From the NCBI RefSeq assembly GCF_044704955.1, contig NC_091989.1, forward strand, positions 35,898,001 to 35,962,000: a DNA stretch of 64,000 nucleotides, read 5' to 3'. Below the pieces are notes generated by a model. It saw only the letters and a program-made list of their open reading frames with translations. It was not told where the DNA came from and ran no database searches. Shown here piece after piece: positions 60,155-64,000 of this stretch (its first letter is position 1; every line of letters starts with the position of its first letter). The DNA comes from Pristiophorus japonicus (Eukaryota). Both the position numbers and the translations under genes were made by a program.

Positions 60155-60583
60155 AAAACACTTCCATTTATACAGCGCCTTTCACGACCACCGGACATCC
60201 CAAAGCGCTTTACGGCCAATGAAGTAATTTTTGAAGCGCAGTCAGTGTGATATTGTGGGAAACACAGCAGGCAATTTGCGCACAGCAAGCTCCAACAAAC
60301 AGCAGTGTGATAATGATAACCTGTTTTTTTGTTATGTTGATTGAGGGATAGGACACCGAGGACAATATTCCTGCTCCTCAAAATAGTGTCATGGGATCTT
60401 TTACGTCCAAAGAGGGCCTCGATTTAACGTCTGATGCGAAGACCTCCGACAGTACAGCACTCCCTCCGCACTGCACTCGAGTGTCAGCCTAGATTTTTCT
60501 GCTCAAGTCCTTGGAGTTGGTCTTGAACCCACAACCCTCTGACTCAGAGGCGAGAGTGCGACCCACTGAGCCGCGGCTGACAC
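60155..60583 (-). mobile_element. Full-length DeuSINE (SacSINE1-like)
   Basis: Minus strand: A-box ggctcagtgg, B-box ggttcaagacc, Deu domain, tail gcgctttgggatgtccggtggtcgtgaaaggcgctgtataaatg. Confidence 0.88.
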
Positions 60584-60639
60584 TATTGACATTGATGAAG
60601 TGCTGCATGGTCCACTTGCTTTGCTGACACTTTAATCAG

Positions 60640-61080
60640 GGGCACAAAGCAGACGGTTCGGGCCAGAGGCGGCTGTGGGGAGCGGGGCCGGGGCCGGGGG
60701 GAGGTCAGGGGCACCAGGTCGGGCCTTGGCCAACCCCGGCAGTGACAGGAGGAGGAGGAGGAGGCGGCGGCGGCTCCCCCGCTAACTCTCGGCCTCGCTG
60801 CGCTGGGCCTCCGCCGACCCGCGGCCTCGCTCACTCACTCACTCTGTTCCCGGCCGTGTCTCGGGGCCGCTCTCGAACCTCTGCCTCCGCCTCCGCCTCA
60901 TCTCCCCGGAGCCGCAGCCTGGCCCACACGGCCCTGAAAACCCCGCGGCCGCCGGGCGGCCTTTCCAGCAACGCCTGCCGCGCCCGCCACTCCGCCAACT
61001 TCCGCTCCATCCTGCGGGGCGGATGTGTCCCCGATTAAAGTGTCCGCCGACCCTGCGGGGCCGATGTGCCCCTGGTTAAA
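60640..61080. promoter_or_regulatory. SAYSD1: CpG island / SAYSD1 promoter region
   Basis: Very GC- and CpG-rich block spanning exon 1, with GC-box-like ggggcgga just upstream of the ATG. Confidence 0.8.
60843..61010 (-). CDS. SAYSD1: SAYSD1 exon 1
   Basis: gcaggATGG then MERKLAEWRARQALLERPPGGRGVFRAVWARLRLRGDEAEAEAEVRERPRDTAGNR|gtgagt. 168 nt with a phase-0 donor matching exon 2; N-terminus resembles human MEQRLAEFRA as recalled. Spliced product 167 aa. Confidence 0.9.
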
Positions 61081-61559
61081 GAGTGTCCAAAACGCTAACA
61101 AAATCACTTTTGAAAGGTTTGATTGAAGGCCCTGAATATCTCGCCAGAAAGGAAGGCAGAGTCAGGCTGTCTCACTCTGGGATAGATGGTAGTGGAGCCC
61201 CGCCATCTCCTGGGCTGTGAAACATGACATTAAAACTTTGACAAGGACCACGTCCTGTTTTATGCATCACGCATATTGTAGCTCCTATGTGAGCTTTAAA
61301 ACGCTCACACTATTAATGTAATCTGTGTTTGCGCAAACAAAATAAATTAACCTTCAAGTAATGTATAATTGAATGATAAACTAAAATATTCCATTTATGT
61401 GAGGTCAATCTTAGCAAAGTGTCACAGAACAGTGCCTTGCATTAAATTTAAGGATGCTGCCATGTTTTAAATCTTAGTAGATTATATTAAAAATGTGTCG
61501 TGGAAATACTTCCTCCACCCCTGCAAGGTCCTGAAAACATTGCAGATGGCACTAGTGCA

Positions 61560-64000
61560 GCTCTTTCGGTTAGCTTTTATGCCCTTGTTTATCAGTGCAG
61601 CTTCAATAGACCTCATCACCAAATTGCCCATCTCTCTGCTCCTGTGCAAATTGCTCACTTGTTGGGTCATTTGACTGTTCTGTTATCTTTTGCAGAACTG
61701 GAGGCCAACCCTGACAATGCAGAAGATTCAGACGAGGATGAGCCTGAAGAGAACATCTTCCACTCCAACCCTCCAGACCAAGAACATGGTGGAGAGGGGG
61801 TGGAGCTAGATGAAGCTCCTACTGTTGTACTAACTTTGGAGGAGGTGCCGCTCATGTAGGTGACAGCCCCTTCCGTGACTAGTGGTTTGAGTGTTGGTGG
61901 GACATTCCATGGTTTCACACCTTCCGAGGTTGCGGGTCCCAGTGTTGGGGTGCGAGCCATACCCGTGGGGAGGAGGGGAAAGTGAGCTCGACCTCGCTCT
62001 CCTGAGGTGCAGGCTCTAACAGATGTGGTTCAGATGATGCCATTGAGTGCGGAGAGCATTGACCTTATCCGATCACTCCTCGATGCCATCAGTGGGGTGA
62101 GTGATGAAATAGCGGGACAGTCAGTAGAAGTAACAGCAATGACACGAGAAATGGGAACGAAATCTGGAACCATCAGTGAGGGAATAGTGGCCATGAGGGA
62201 GGGAATGTCAGAGGTAGTGCAAACCACGTCACTGATCATGAGGGAGGGAATGTTGCAGGTCGTTGAGATACTGTCAGGACGCATGAGGGACGGCACGTTG
62301 GTGTTAGCTGCTGTAATAAGGGACACGCCCAGATCCCGTGTCCATTAACAGAATCAACCGCCACTCCCACTCCAATCCCCACATCAGTCTCTGAAGAGCC
62401 CAAAGCTGGGCCCTCCAACTTGCTGCCTGCTGCCGATGCCCCCCACCCTCAAGAGCTGTTAGAAAGAATAAGCTTGGTATCAAGCCCAGAAACACTGCAG
62501 GCAGGGATGTTGGAGAATCCAAGACCAAGCGCAGCGGGCGTTCTTAGACTAAGGGAGATGAGAGATGGGTGCAGCCTTTCTTTGCTGCTGTTGTTATTAT
62601 TATTGTTACTGTTGTAACTGTTTTCCAACTAAAAGTTTTTTGTAAGTTATGTAAATTTACAAGTTTATAAGTGATCTTACAGTAAAGTTTGATACAAGAA
62701 TAATTTTATTAAAGTTAAGTTAAGTATATTGTAAACTTTTGAATAAAATATATTACATTAAAACTGAATCATGTTTCATTAACACAACACAACATTACGG
62801 AAAGCTCCAAACAGCAAACATGTCCATGTAGAATAGTTGTCGCTGAGCCCTCAGGCATCAGTAAAGCGTTCACGGATGAACTGCTGGCGCAAGGCTCGAG
62901 CAATCGTTAAAGGAGCACGATGGCCCGCCCTCAGGCACTTGCATGGCTTCCTCATCCTCGTCTTTCATCCTCCTCCTGCTCCTCCTCCTCCTGCTCGTCA
63001 CCTGCATCTTCCACATCATTATCATCAACCACTCTCACTACAGGTGGGTCTTCCACTACCAGGTGCTGCTGCCCCATGATGGCTAAGTTATGCAGAATGC
63101 AGCACACAACAGTGAACTGACCGACAATCTCGGGGAGTACAGCAAGTAGCCTCCGGAATGGTCCAGGCATCGTAAACGCTGTTTCAAGTTGCCAATGGTC
63201 CTCTCAATGATGCTGCACGTTGCAATATGCGACATGTTGTATTGATGGTCAGCTTCCGTCCGGGTTACGCTTAGGGGTGTCATGAGCCAGTTGGCGAGGC
63301 CGTACCCTTTGTCTCCCAGTAGCCAGCTCTGCCCTTCTGGCTGCTGCTGCTGAAACATGGCAGATATAATACTGTAGCGTAGGATGAACGCATCATGGGT
63401 GCTGCTAGGGTACCTTGCATTGACTGACACGATGTGATGCATATCATCACACACAAGCTGCACATTAATGGAGTGGAAGCCTCATCTGTTCCTGTACATC
63501 TTGGGATTCTTCAAAAGGTGCTCGCAAGGCGATGTGGGTATAATCAATACAGCCCTGTACTTTTGGGAAGCCAGCAATTCTGGAGAAGCCCATAGTCGTG
63601 TCATGGATTGCTTGGGCAGTCATAGGGAACTTTATGAAGTCATTCCTACACGCATACAGTGCAGCCGTGACCTGGTGAAAGGAGACATGTGTTGCATGTT
63701 GAGAGATGGCGCACACATCCCCAGTTGTAGCTTGAGATGATCCAGAGGCATAGAATGAAAGTGCAGCTGTAATCTTCACTTCAACTGACAAATCAATCCT
63801 CCTGATGCTTCTAGGTTGCAGGTCTTCTTTGACCAACTCACAGATCTCAGTTACAACATCTTTGTGAAACGCAGCCTTCTGACACAGTCTGCGTTATTCA
63901 GGTGGAGGTATGAACGCATGTCTCTATATAACTGAGGTGGGTAAGGCCTCCTGCCCAGCACCCTACAGGTTCTGATGTTCCTGATGTAATGAAGTCGAAT
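61560..64000. mobile_element. Second Harbinger element (same family, opposite orientation), runs off the window
   Basis: Plus-strand Myb-gene 3' exon remnant (ELEANPDNAEDSDEDEPEENIF...) converges on a minus-strand transposase across an AT-rich spacer like 27400-27680. Confidence 0.85.
62850..64000 (-). pseudogene. Harbinger (HARBI1-like) DDE transposase, frameshifted
   Basis: VQGCIDYTHIAL, QLVCDD...VNARYPSSTHDAFIL, WLLGDKGY, YNMSH...IERTIGNLKQR and CCILHNLAI, spread over several frames. Confidence 0.9.

Noticed and set aside
60500-60583. tRNA gene
   Set aside because: The A and B boxes belong to the tRNA-derived head of a DeuSINE; no cloverleaf is evident.
62850-64000. Domesticated HARBI1 host gene
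   Set aside because: Multiple frameshifts, a paired Myb remnant and a second family copy in the window indicate a dead transposon.

Overview
Vertebrate genomic DNA, most likely a shark or other cartilaginous fish (DeuSINE/SacSINE1-type SINEs, many CR1 LINEs, GT-AG introns). Most of the window is transposon-derived: three Ty3/Gypsy LTR elements, two Harbinger elements, and CR1, L2, RTE and Tx1 LINE fragments, SINEs and MITEs. Two host genes lie on the minus strand. (1) A complete two-exon SAYSD1 (exon 1 at 60843-61010 in a CpG island, exon 2 at 49721-50056; 167 aa). (2) The 5' part of a Gi/Gt-class heterotrimeric G-protein alpha gene, absent from the ORF track because its exons are short. Its single 43-nt P-loop exon (979-1021) is preceded by TWO intact, divergent 118-nt first coding exons: a transducin/gustducin-like one (6645-6762) and a Gi/Go-like one with Cys5 (22605-22722). 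This suggests a G-alpha with switchable N-terminal helices and is the strongest candidate for an undescribed system here. Other notable structures are an inverted duplication bracketing the distal exon with 105-nt and 81-nt perfectly identical cores, a three-LTR internally inverted Gypsy element, a ~2.9-kb inverted pair of young CR1s, degenerate minimal hammerhead-ribozyme motifs, and a G4-motif 42-bp minisatellite born inside an L2. All calls were made by eye, and repeat boundaries are approximate unless a TSD or LTR end is quoted.
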